Shown here in pieces: positions 28,906 to 37,259 of a stretch of DNA of 62,947 bases. Each line of letters starts with the position of its first letter. Within the stretch, counting starts at the first letter, position 1. The notes beneath the pieces were generated by a model that made no database searches, was not told the origin of the DNA, and was given only the letters and a program-made list of their open reading frames with translations. A program made the position numbers and the translations under genes. Location of the stretch: assembly GCA_036273175.1 (NCBI GenBank), contig DASUIE010000154.1, forward strand, positions 1-62,947, in the 5' to 3' direction. This stretch comes from Stellaceae bacterium (lineage in GTDB: Bacteria; Pseudomonadota; Alphaproteobacteria; ATCC43930; CGMCC-115725).

Positions 28906-30388
28906 ACAGATCGGCGGCGTCGCGGGACAACGCGGCAAGCGAGTCGTGCCGCAGATACATCATGTGCCCGCCGTCATAGACTTTGAGGCGGATCGCCTGG
29001 CGCACCGAGGACGGGATCGAGAGCTGGTCGATCAGCCAGCGCGACGACAGGTAGGGCGTCTGCAGATCGTGCCGGCCGTTGACGATCAGAACTTTTGTGC
29101 GCGGGTGCGCCAAGAGGGCCTGTTCGAAATTGGTCAGTGCGAAGCCCAAGCCGCCCTCGCCGTGATTGGTGGCGTCCCAGTCCCAATGCTGCGCGACATC
29201 GTGCGGCAGGACGCGGTAGGGCAGCTCGGTGTGGTAGCCGAGCGCCTCCGGGGCGTAGGCATCGAAGACGGCGGTGAAGGCGGCCGTCGCCGGCGCCAGC
29301 ACCGGGTCGCCGGCGTGATCGTCCCAGGGATTGCCGCGGGTCGCCCGCTTGACGGTTCCGTCGTAGATGCTCAGCACCTCGTGCCGGTCGCGGCGGAGCT
29401 CGCGCACGAACATTCCGTTGGAGACCCGGCCGCGCGACCGGCGCACCGTATCCGCGTCGATCCCGATGGTCTGGGCAACCCGCGCGATGAACGGATCGCC
29501 GGCGGGCGGCTCCCCGGTCATGCGCAAGAGCCCCGTGACGTAATCGCCGAGCGCGAAGGCCTCGATTCCGGCGGCGGCATCCGCCGAAAGCGGCTTGCCG
29601 GCGAGCGACGCCACGGTCGCGGCATAGGACGGGATCAGAAACGCCGCCCCCATCGGATCGACCACGTTCGCGTAGACCAAATCCATATCGAGCGCCGGCG
29701 ATACCAGCACGACGCCGTTCACCGTGATCCCGACATCCTCGGCCAGCGATTGCGTGAGCGCCGCGGCGCGATAGCCGCCGTAGCTTTCGCCGACGAGGTA
29801 GACCGGCGCGGCCCAGCGCTGATGCCGGGTCAGCCACAGCCGCAGCACCGAAGCCAGGGAGCTCAGATCGCCACGGACGTTGAAGAAGGGTTTGTCGGGA
29901 TCGTCCTTCCCTTCGCCGCGGCTGAACCCGGTGCCGACAGGATCGACGAAGACGAGGTCCGTGAAGGCGAGCCAGGTGTTCGGATTGTCGATCGTCTTGT
30001 AGGGCGGGTCCGGCAGCGAGCCGTCGCCGGGCGTCTCCAGGATGCGCGGACCGAGCGCGCCGAGATGCAGGAATACCGAAGCCGCGCCGGGACCGCCGTT
30101 GAACACGAACGCGACCGGACGCTGCTGCCCCGGCGGCACATCGGCGACGTAGGAGATCGTAAAGACGGAGGCGGTAGCCGCCCTTTTCTTGTCGTGCAGC
30201 GCGATGGTCTCGGCGATCGCCCGGTAATCGAGCTGATGGCCGTTAAGGCTCAGCCTATGCTGCGTCTCGACATGTGCCGGCGCCTCGGGCGGCTGCGCCG
30301 GCTTGGGCTTGTCGTCGGCGCGCGCGGCCAACGGCACGATCGCGAGCAGCAGCAGCGCGGCGACGGCCGTCCAACATTTCCCAGTCAC
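28892..30388 (-). CDS. secreted peptidase S10 (serine carboxypeptidase) family protein
   Basis: Signal peptide MTGKCWTAVAALLLLAIVPLAARA. Catalytic-serine motif LVGESYGGYRA. 498 aa. Confidence 0.8.
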   Translation of the reverse strand: MTGKCWTAVAALLLLAIVPLAARADDKPKPAQPPEAPAHVETQHRLSLNGHQLDYRAIAETIALHDKKRAATASVFTISYVADVPPGQQRPVAFVFNGGPGAASVFLHLGALGPRILETPGDGSLPDPPYKTIDNPNTWLAFTDLVFVDPVGTGFSRGEGKDDPDKPFFNVRGDLSSLASVLRLWLTRHQRWAAPVYLVGESYGGYRAAALTQSLAEDVGITVNGVVLVSPALDMDLVYANVVDPMGAAFLIPSYAATVASLAGKPLSADAAAGIEAFALGDYVTGLLRMTGEPPAGDPFIARVAQTIGIDADTVRRSRGRVSNGMFVRELRRDRHEVLSIYDGTVKRATRGNPWDDHAGDPVLAPATAAFTAVFDAYAPEALGYHTELPYRVLPHDVAQHWDWDATNHGEGGLGFALTNFEQALLAHPRTKVLIVNGRHDLQTPYLSSRWLIDQLSIPSSVRQAIRLKVYDGGHMMYLRHDSLAALSRDAADLFKPD

Positions 30389-30456
30389 TCTCGCCCGCCC
30401 CCCGTCGATTACCGCCGAGCCGGGAGTTTAGCGCGGATAGCCTCGGACCGCTTCCT

Positions 30457-31755
30457 TTAGCCGGGGGTAACCGCCCGCTCCCCAAGCGGCGCCGTCGCGC
30501 TCAGCTCGCGGGCGGTCTTGAGGCGCGCGTTGATGACCGGCCGCAAGACGAAGAAGCCAAGCAGCGCGGCGACCACGTTCATGACGCACCCGATCGAATA
30601 GACGGCGTGCCAGCTTCCGGTCCAGTGCGTCAGAACGTTGCCGAGCGGGACCAGCAGCGAGGCCACGCCCTTGGCCGTGTACATGATGCCGTAGTTGACG
30701 GTCACATATTTCCGGCCGAAGGCGTCCCCGACCGTCGCGGCGAACAGGCTGAAAATGTCGCCCCAGAACAGGAAGACCAGCGCGTCGGTGACGATGAACG
30801 AGACCGCCGTCGTGCCCCAGAAGCCGAATGCGGCGATGCAGATCGCCTCGATGCCGAAGGCGATGCCCATCATGTTGGCGCGGCCGATATGGTCCGAGAA
30901 CCAGCCGTTGAGAGGACGCCCGACCCCGTTGGTGATGCTGTGGAAGGTCAGCGCCGCGACGATCGCCGGCGTGGTGATGCCGAAAATCGTGACAAGCTGA
31001 TTGGAGAGCCCGCGCTCATTGGCGATCGGCGAAAGCTGCGCCGCCGACATAAGCCCGCCGGCCGCGACCAGAAAGAACATCAGATACATGATCCAGAAGA
31101 TCGGGGAGCGGACCGCCCGGGACGGCGGCACGTCATCCTCGGCGCCCTGCAGCGTCTTGATGCTCTCCATCGGAGGCATCTCGTCCGCCCGCGGGGCGCG
31201 GATGAAGTTCGAGACGATGACGATGATCACGCCGTAGATGATCGCGAAGACGAGAAAGGTGTGCTGATAGCCGTCGCTCTGGATCATCGAGCGGATCGGC
31301 GCAATCGTGATCGCCGCGCCGGCGCCGAAGCCGGCCGCCGTCAGCCCGCCGCACAGCCCGCGCTTATCGGGAAACCATTTGAGCGCATTGCCGACGCAGG
31401 TGCCGTAGACGGCGCCCCCGGCAAACCCGGCGACGGCGCCGCCGACATAGAGCATCCACAGCGACGAGGCGTAGGAATCGATCAGCCAGGCGAGGAAGGT
31501 CGCAACGCCGCCGGCGAGCACCATCCAGCGCGGTCCGATGCGGTCGACAATGTAGCCCTCGAACGGCACGAGCCAGGTCTCGCACAGGATGAAGATCGTG
31601 AATGCGACCTGGATCTCCGCCTTGGACCAGCCGTGTTGATGCTGGATGGGCAAGACAAAGAGCGTCCAGCCGTATTGCAGATTGGCGACCGAGGCCATGC
31701 AGATGATGCCGAGCACCAGCTCGACCCATCGGAACCGCTGGTAGGACATCTTCAT
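30457..31755 (-). CDS. MFS transporter, oxalate/formate antiporter (OFA) family
   Basis: 432 aa. N-terminus RWVELVLGIICMASVANLQYGWTLFVLPI...HGWSKAEIQVAFTIF is typical of OFA-family MFS proteins. 12 hydrophobic segments. Confidence 0.8.
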   Translation of the reverse strand: MKMSYQRFRWVELVLGIICMASVANLQYGWTLFVLPIQHQHGWSKAEIQVAFTIFILCETWLVPFEGYIVDRIGPRWMVLAGGVATFLAWLIDSYASSLWMLYVGGAVAGFAGGAVYGTCVGNALKWFPDKRGLCGGLTAAGFGAGAAITIAPIRSMIQSDGYQHTFLVFAIIYGVIIVIVSNFIRAPRADEMPPMESIKTLQGAEDDVPPSRAVRSPIFWIMYLMFFLVAAGGLMSAAQLSPIANERGLSNQLVTIFGITTPAIVAALTFHSITNGVGRPLNGWFSDHIGRANMMGIAFGIEAICIAAFGFWGTTAVSFIVTDALVFLFWGDIFSLFAATVGDAFGRKYVTVNYGIMYTAKGVASLLVPLGNVLTHWTGSWHAVYSIGCVMNVVAALLGFFVLRPVINARLKTARELSATAPLGERAVTPG

Positions 31756-31919
31756 CCCTCCGGTTATTCAAAATTTTCTTGCTTTGCCGGCGGAGCGCAC
31801 TTGCGCATTCGTCACGATCTAGATTAGCAGAGGATGATACCGGCCCAGGGCGACAAGAGCGCGCAGTCTCACCCAGTAATGGCACCGCAGAAGTTTTAAC
31901 TAGATTAATAAACCGCGCT

Positions 31920-32951
31920 TCATATCTCGGCTGGCGCGAGCGCGGACCTAGCCGGCCTCCGCCGCCAGCGGCACCGCTTTTCAACGAGGTGCCAAGAAAG
32001 TAACGCCGTCGCGGCCGAAGCTATCCCGGCGATCGCGAATACTTGCCACCAGGTGGCGTGACCGCCGCGGGCATAAATCACGCATTGCTCGATCGGCCAG
32101 CCATAGATGTAGAGCCCGTAGGACAAATCCCCGAAACGAGCCGCGCGCAGCATCGGAAGGCGCGGATCGCGGGCCAACGAGATCAGGAGATAGCTGCCAA
32201 AGAGCGGGAACGCCGCGACAAAGACATGCGCGGGCACGCTAGCGACAAGCCCGGCCAGCGCGAGCCAGCGCCAGCGCCGGCCGAAAAACGCGGTGTCGCG
32301 AAGGCGGTAGCAGCACATTCCCGCGGCGAAGAAACCGAGCAGCCAGCCGGTGCTGCCGATGATCCCGCCCGACGTATCGACCCAGAGGCAGACGATCCCG
32401 ATCGCCACCAGCGCGAGCGTCACCGGCAGGACCAGCAGCCGGCAAATCCCGAGGCCGCAGAGCATCAGGTAGAGCAGCGCCTCGCTCGGCAGGCTCCAGA
32501 GCGGGCCGTTGACGATGCCCCCGATATTGCCCTGCCAGAACAGGACGCCGGGCAACCGGTTGTAATTGATGTCGAGGACCGCGTTGTGAGCGAAGAACAG
32601 ATAGGTCTCGGGTCGGCTGAAATACTCCGACAGCGGCAGCGAGGTAACCGCCGGCCCGATCGCAAAGACGCAGACGGCAAGGCAGGCGAGCAGTCCCGGG
32701 AAGATGCGCAGCGCCCGCTTGGCCAGGAACACCCACGGCGATGGCGTCGCCTCGAAGCTTTGCGAGATCAGGTAGCCGCTGATCGTGAAGAAGGTGAAGA
32801 CGCCGACGAGCCCAAGAATCGTCTGCCCGCCGGTCAGGATCATCAGCGGGTCGTGGTCCTGCGAGTTTTCGGCGAGGAGGAACGCGTGCGAGAAAATCAC
32901 CGACAGCGCCGCCAGCAATCTCAGCAGATCGAAGTTGTTATGCCGGTCCAT
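31920..32951 (-). CDS. acyltransferase family 3 (membrane O-acyltransferase)
   Basis: MDRHNNFDLLRLLAALSVIFSHAF... is a typical acyltransferase_3 N-terminus, and the protein is polytopic. An alternative start lies at 32984. Confidence 0.75.
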   Translation of the reverse strand: MDRHNNFDLLRLLAALSVIFSHAFLLAENSQDHDPLMILTGGQTILGLVGVFTFFTISGYLISQSFEATPSPWVFLAKRALRIFPGLLACLAVCVFAIGPAVTSLPLSEYFSRPETYLFFAHNAVLDINYNRLPGVLFWQGNIGGIVNGPLWSLPSEALLYLMLCGLGICRLLVLPVTLALVAIGIVCLWVDTSGGIIGSTGWLLGFFAAGMCCYRLRDTAFFGRRWRWLALAGLVASVPAHVFVAAFPLFGSYLLISLARDPRLPMLRAARFGDLSYGLYIYGWPIEQCVIYARGGHATWWQVFAIAGIASAATALLSWHLVEKRCRWRRRPARSALAPAEI

Positions 32952-33049
32952 GCCGCAGGATAACGGCAATCGGGCGCGGTGCATTCACCCGCGCTTGCCC
33001 CGCGCCGCGGAATCGGGAATAGAGTGGCCGTCGCGATGGGGGAATTCCG

Positions 33050-33349
33050 ATGCGTCTCCTGGCTTTGATCTGCGTCGCTGCGCTTGCCGGCTGCGTCGGC
33101 ACCGCGCGCGAGGAAGGCTTCACCGCGACCGGCCCCAACGCGTTTCTCTACAGCGCCCGGACCAATACGGTGATGACCGCCAACGACGACGGCGCCGCCG
33201 AGCGTATCCGCCGCGACTGGCTCGCCGACGCCCTGAAGGCGCATTCGATGTGCGGTGGCGGCTACGTCGTCGATTCGCGCCGCTACGTGCCGGTCGCGAG
33301 CCCGTTCACCAACGGTGGCGACATCCTTTATGCCGGGCGCTGCCAGTAA
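33050..33349 (+). CDS. hypothetical lipoprotein
   Basis: MRLLALICVAALAGC carries a lipobox (LAGC). 99 aa. No family recognised. Confidence 0.55.
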   Translation: MRLLALICVAALAGCVGTAREEGFTATGPNAFLYSARTNTVMTANDDGAAERIRRDWLADALKAHSMCGGGYVVDSRRYVPVASPFTNGGDILYAGRCQ

Positions 33350-33828
33350 TCGAGAAGCGGCCCCGCCGCGCCGGTGACCGGGTCTGTCGCCGGCAGCGCC
33401 ACGGCCGCGACATTGGTTGCCGCGCGGTCGTGCTGGGCAGCCTCGGCCTGGCAGATATCCGGGTTCTGGCCTTTCGGATAGGAGCCGATCACCAGCAGAT
33501 CGGCGCTTGCGGCCTCGCGCTTGTGGGCGACGCCGGCCGGGATCACGACGACGTCGCCGGCGCGGATCTCGACCGTCTGTCCGTTTTCGCCGCCGAGCCG
33601 CACGCGCGCCGAACCGGCCGCGATCCCCAGCACCTCGTGCGCGGTGCTGTGATAGTGATGGTGCCCGTAAATGCCATTGCGCCACGGGTTCGGCCAGCCG
33701 TTCTTGTTGAACAGCGCGACGCATTCCTTGGCGCGGTCGCCGCCGAGCACGCCGCGATACACCACCAGCGGCAGCGGATTGTTCGGAACCACGCCGTCAT
33801 CGGCGAAATGCAGGGTTTCGATCTTCAT
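33328..33828 (-). CDS. cupin domain protein (YjlB-like)
   Basis: 166 aa from MKIETLHFADDGVVPNNPLPLVVY... The motifs HHYHSTAHEVLGIAAG and GDVVVIPAGVAH fit a cupin. A GGAGGC SD lies upstream of 33828. Confidence 0.7.
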   Translation of the reverse strand: MKIETLHFADDGVVPNNPLPLVVYRGVLGGDRAKECVALFNKNGWPNPWRNGIYGHHHYHSTAHEVLGIAAGSARVRLGGENGQTVEIRAGDVVVIPAGVAHKREAASADLLVIGSYPKGQNPDICQAEAAQHDRAATNVAAVALPATDPVTGAAGPLLDYWQRPA

Positions 33829-33898
33829 GCCGGCCTCCGGTAAGCCAACGCCCATCCTACGGCTTGCGGTCCCGCCGCGCAGCGCCGATGTTTCGGCC

Positions 33899-34579
33899 AT
33901 GCCGAACGTCCTCTACCGCGACGGGCTGATGCTGATCGTCGACAAGCCGGCGGGGATCCCCGTGCATGCCGGCCCCGGCGGCGGCCCAAACCTCGAAGCG
34001 GGGTTCGGGGAGCTGCGATTTGGCTTGCGCGGCAACCCGGCCCTGGCGCATCGGCTCGACCGCGACACCAGCGGCTGCCTGGTGCTCGGCCGGCATCCGA
34101 AGGCGCTTCGCAAGCTGGGGGCGCTGTTCTCGGCCGGGCGCGTCGCGAAGACTTACTGGGCCGTGACCGAAGGCATCCCCGCCGCGGATGAAGGGCGCAT
34201 CGACGCCGCCCTGCGTAAGGAAAACCGCATACGAGGCTGGCGGATGATCGTCGACCCGGCCGGACAGTCGGCCGTCACCGAATTCCGGGTGCTCGGCGCC
34301 GCGCGGGGACGGGCCTGGCTCGAATTGCGGCCGTTGACCGGACGCACGCATCAGATCCGAGTGCATTGCGCCCATATCGGCTGCCCGGTGGTCGGCGACC
34401 GGCATTACGGCGGACCGGGCGATTCGCCGCTTTTGCTGCATGCCCGCGCGATTTCGGTGCCGCTCTATCCGGCGCGCCCCCCGGTCACGGTGGAGGCGCC
34501 GGTGCCGGCCCACATGCTCGCCCCGCTCGCCGCGCTGGGCTATGATCGAGTCCCAACGGCCGAAGCGGTCCCGGCATGA
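33899..34579 (+). CDS. RluA-family pseudouridine synthase
   Basis: Catalytic motif HRLDRDTSGCLVL, plus GRTHQIRVHCAHIG. 226 aa. Confidence 0.85.
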   Translation: MPNVLYRDGLMLIVDKPAGIPVHAGPGGGPNLEAGFGELRFGLRGNPALAHRLDRDTSGCLVLGRHPKALRKLGALFSAGRVAKTYWAVTEGIPAADEGRIDAALRKENRIRGWRMIVDPAGQSAVTEFRVLGAARGRAWLELRPLTGRTHQIRVHCAHIGCPVVGDRHYGGPGDSPLLLHARAISVPLYPARPPVTVEAPVPAHMLAPLAALGYDRVPTAEAVPA

Positions 34580-35871
34580 TCCCGCGCTATAGCCGCCCGC
34601 AGATGGCGGCGATCTGGCAACCCGAAAACTATTTCCGCATCCAGCTCGAAATCGAGGCCTGCGCGTGCGAGGCGCAGGAGGAGCTCGGCGTCATCCCGCG
34701 CGGCACCGCCAAGGCCGTGCGCGAGCGCGGCGCCTTCGAGGTCGACCGCATCCGCGAGATCGAGCGCGAGGTCCACCACGAGACGATCGCATTTCTCACC
34801 AACGTCGCCGAGCATGTCGGTCCCGAGGCGCGCTTCGTCCACCAGGGCATGACCTCGAGCGATGTGCTCGACACCTGCCTCGCGGTCCAGCTCACCCAGG
34901 CCGCCGACATCCTCCTCGCCGACCTCGACGCGCTGCTCGCCGCGCTGAAACGCCGGGCGATCGAGCATAAGATGACGCCGACGGTCGCGCGCAGCCACGG
35001 CATCCACGCCGAGCCGACGACGTTCGGATTGAAGCTCGCCGGCCATTGGGCCGAGTTTGCGCGCAACCGCGAGCGGCTCGCCGCCGCCCGCAAGGAGATC
35101 GCGACCTGCCAGATCTCGGGCGCGGTGGGCACCTTCGCCAATATCGATCCGCGCGTCGAAGCGCATGTCGCGAAGAAGCTCGGCCTCGTCCCCGAGCCGG
35201 TCTCGACGCAAATAATCCCGCGCGACCGCCACGCCGCGTTTTTCATGGCGCTGGCGCTGACCGCCGCGGCCGTCGAGCGGCTGGCGACCGAGATCCGTCA
35301 TTTGCAGCGCACCGAGCTGCGCGAGGCGGCCGAGTTCTTCGCCGAGGGCCAGAAAGGTTCGTCGGCGATGCCGCACAAGCGCAACCCGATCCTGTCGGAA
35401 AACCTGACAGGGCTGTCGCGGGTGATCCGCTCGGCGGTAACCCCGGCGCTCGAAAACGTCGTGACCTGGCACGAGCGCGACATCTCGCATTCCTCGGTCG
35501 AGCGCATCATCGCGCCCGACACGACGATCGCGCTCGACTTCGCGCTCGGCCGGCTGACCGGGCTCGTCGACAAGCTGATCGTCTATCCCGAGCGGATGAA
35601 GAGCAATCTCGATGCGCTGGGCGGGCTCGTCGATTCGCAACGCTTTCTGCTCGCGCTGACCCAGGCCGGGATGAGCCGCGAGGACGCCTATCGGCTCGTC
35701 CAGAAACACGCGATGGCGTCGTGGCGCGGCGGCGGACGCTTCGCCGACCTGCTCAAGGCCGATCCCGAGATTACCCGCTACCTAGCTCCCGCGGCGATCG
35801 ACGCCTCGTTCGACACCGCCTACCACACGAAACACGTCGACACGATCTTCCGGCGCGTGTTCGGGGAATAG
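34576..35871 (+). CDS. purB: adenylosuccinate lyase
   Basis: 431 aa. MIPRYSRPQMAAIW..., a signature region with SSAMPHKRNP, and ATGA overlap with the upstream stop. Confidence 0.92.
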   Translation: MIPRYSRPQMAAIWQPENYFRIQLEIEACACEAQEELGVIPRGTAKAVRERGAFEVDRIREIEREVHHETIAFLTNVAEHVGPEARFVHQGMTSSDVLDTCLAVQLTQAADILLADLDALLAALKRRAIEHKMTPTVARSHGIHAEPTTFGLKLAGHWAEFARNRERLAAARKEIATCQISGAVGTFANIDPRVEAHVAKKLGLVPEPVSTQIIPRDRHAAFFMALALTAAAVERLATEIRHLQRTELREAAEFFAEGQKGSSAMPHKRNPILSENLTGLSRVIRSAVTPALENVVTWHERDISHSSVERIIAPDTTIALDFALGRLTGLVDKLIVYPERMKSNLDALGGLVDSQRFLLALTQAGMSREDAYRLVQKHAMASWRGGGRFADLLKADPEITRYLAPAAIDASFDTAYHTKHVDTIFRRVFGE

Positions 35872-35877
35872 GTCTCC

Positions 35878-36198
35878 CTACTCCGCCATCAGCTGTTCCC
35901 GGGCCTTGGCGGCGAAGTGCTCCAGCTCGAACTTGATCTGGTCGGCCGTGACCGTCTGGCCTTTCGCGGCGAGGTCGCCGGCCACTTTGTCCATGACATG
36001 CTGGTCGCCGCCGCGGTCGAACTCCGCCGCCACCACGGTCTTTGCGTAGGCGTCGGCGGCATCGCCGCTGAGCCCCATGCGGTCGGCCGCCCAGAGCCCG
36101 AGGAGCCGGTTGCGGCGAGCGGTAACCTTGAAGCGAAAGTCCTGGTCGTGCTTGAACCGGGCCTCGAATTCCTTTTCGCGATCCTTGAAAGTGGCCAT
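35878..36198 (-). CDS. DUF1476 protein, alphaproteobacterial F1Fo-ATPase inhibitor zeta subunit family
   Basis: 106 aa. MATFKDREKEFEARFKHDQDFRFKVTARRNRLLGLWAA... parallels the Paracoccus zeta subunit N-terminus as I recall it. Confidence 0.7.
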   Translation of the reverse strand: MATFKDREKEFEARFKHDQDFRFKVTARRNRLLGLWAADRMGLSGDAADAYAKTVVAAEFDRGGDQHVMDKVAGDLAAKGQTVTADQIKFELEHFAAKAREQLMAE

Positions 36199-36242
36199 CT
36201 TGCTCTCGTTTCCTGCACCGACACGCCGAGACTAGCACAAAG

Positions 36243-37004
36243 ATGTGCACGCTCGTCATCCTGCGCCGCCCCGAGCACGAGTGGCCCGTCATCATCGGCG
36301 CCAACCGCGACGAGATGATCGGCCGTACCGCGCTTCCGCCGGGGCGGCACTGGCCCGACCGCGACGAGGTGGTCGCCGGGATGGACTTGCTCGCCGGGGG
36401 ATCGTGGCTCGGCGTCAACGATTGGGGGCTCGCGGCGGCGGTGCTGAACCGGCAGGGATCGCTCGGCCCCGACGCGGCGATGCGCTCGCGCGGAGAGCTG
36501 GTGCTGGAGGCGCTCGACCATGCCGACGCGGTCGCGGCCGCGGCGGCGCTCGCCGAGCTGGATCCGGCCGCTTACCGGACGTTCAACCTGATCGTCGCCG
36601 ACAACCGCGACGGGTTCTGGCTGCGTCACGCCGGCACCGGGCGGGTCGAAGTTCATCCGCTCGGGGACGGCCTGTCGCTGGTGGCGTCTGGCGATATCGG
36701 CGATACCGGCGAATCGGAGACGCGGCGGCTGGTCCTCGCCCGCCCCCGCTTCGAAGCCGCGGCTCCGCCCGACCCCGACCGCGGTGAATGGACCGGCTGG
36801 GAAGAATTGCTCGGCGATCCGTCGCGGCCGGCTGGGGAGCCCGAGAACGCGGCTCTCCGGTTCCGCACCGGACATGGCTACGGAACGGTGTCGAGCGCGC
36901 TCGTCGCGCTGCCCGCGATCGGCGCCGGCGAGCGCCGGCCGCATTACCGCTACGCGCAGTGGCTTCCCGAGCCGACGCCGTGGCGAGACATCCTCCCGGG
37001 CTGA
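36243..37004 (+). CDS. NRDE-family protein (TANGO2/DUF833 homologue)
   Basis: Starts with MC (Cys2, as in Ntn-hydrolase-like folds) and contains the eponymous GANRDE motif. 253 aa. Confidence 0.7.
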   Translation: MCTLVILRRPEHEWPVIIGANRDEMIGRTALPPGRHWPDRDEVVAGMDLLAGGSWLGVNDWGLAAAVLNRQGSLGPDAAMRSRGELVLEALDHADAVAAAAALAELDPAAYRTFNLIVADNRDGFWLRHAGTGRVEVHPLGDGLSLVASGDIGDTGESETRRLVLARPRFEAAAPPDPDRGEWTGWEELLGDPSRPAGEPENAALRFRTGHGYGTVSSALVALPAIGAGERRPHYRYAQWLPEPTPWRDILPG

Positions 37005-37019
37005 TGCTATAGGGGGCCG

Positions 37020-37259
37020 ATGAAGGCGCGCATCCACGTCCGATTGAAGCCCGGTGTCCTCGATCCGCAAGGGAAGGCGATCGGCAACGCCCTCAAATCG
37101 CTCGGCTTTGGCGGGGTCGACGACGTCCGTCAAGGCAAGCTGATCGAGCTTGAGCTGGCCGATACCGATATCGAGGCGGCGCGCAGACGGGTCGAGGCGA
37201 TGTGCCAGCAACTCCTCGCCAATCCCGTGATCGAGGATTACGCGATCGAGTTCGGATAA
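37020..37259 (+). CDS. purS: phosphoribosylformylglycinamidine synthase subunit PurS
   Basis: 79 aa. MKARIHVRLKPGVLDPQGKAIGNALKSLGF...ANPVIEDY is a classic PurS sequence. Confidence 0.9.
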   Translation: MKARIHVRLKPGVLDPQGKAIGNALKSLGFGGVDDVRQGKLIELELADTDIEAARRRVEAMCQQLLANPVIEDYAIEFG

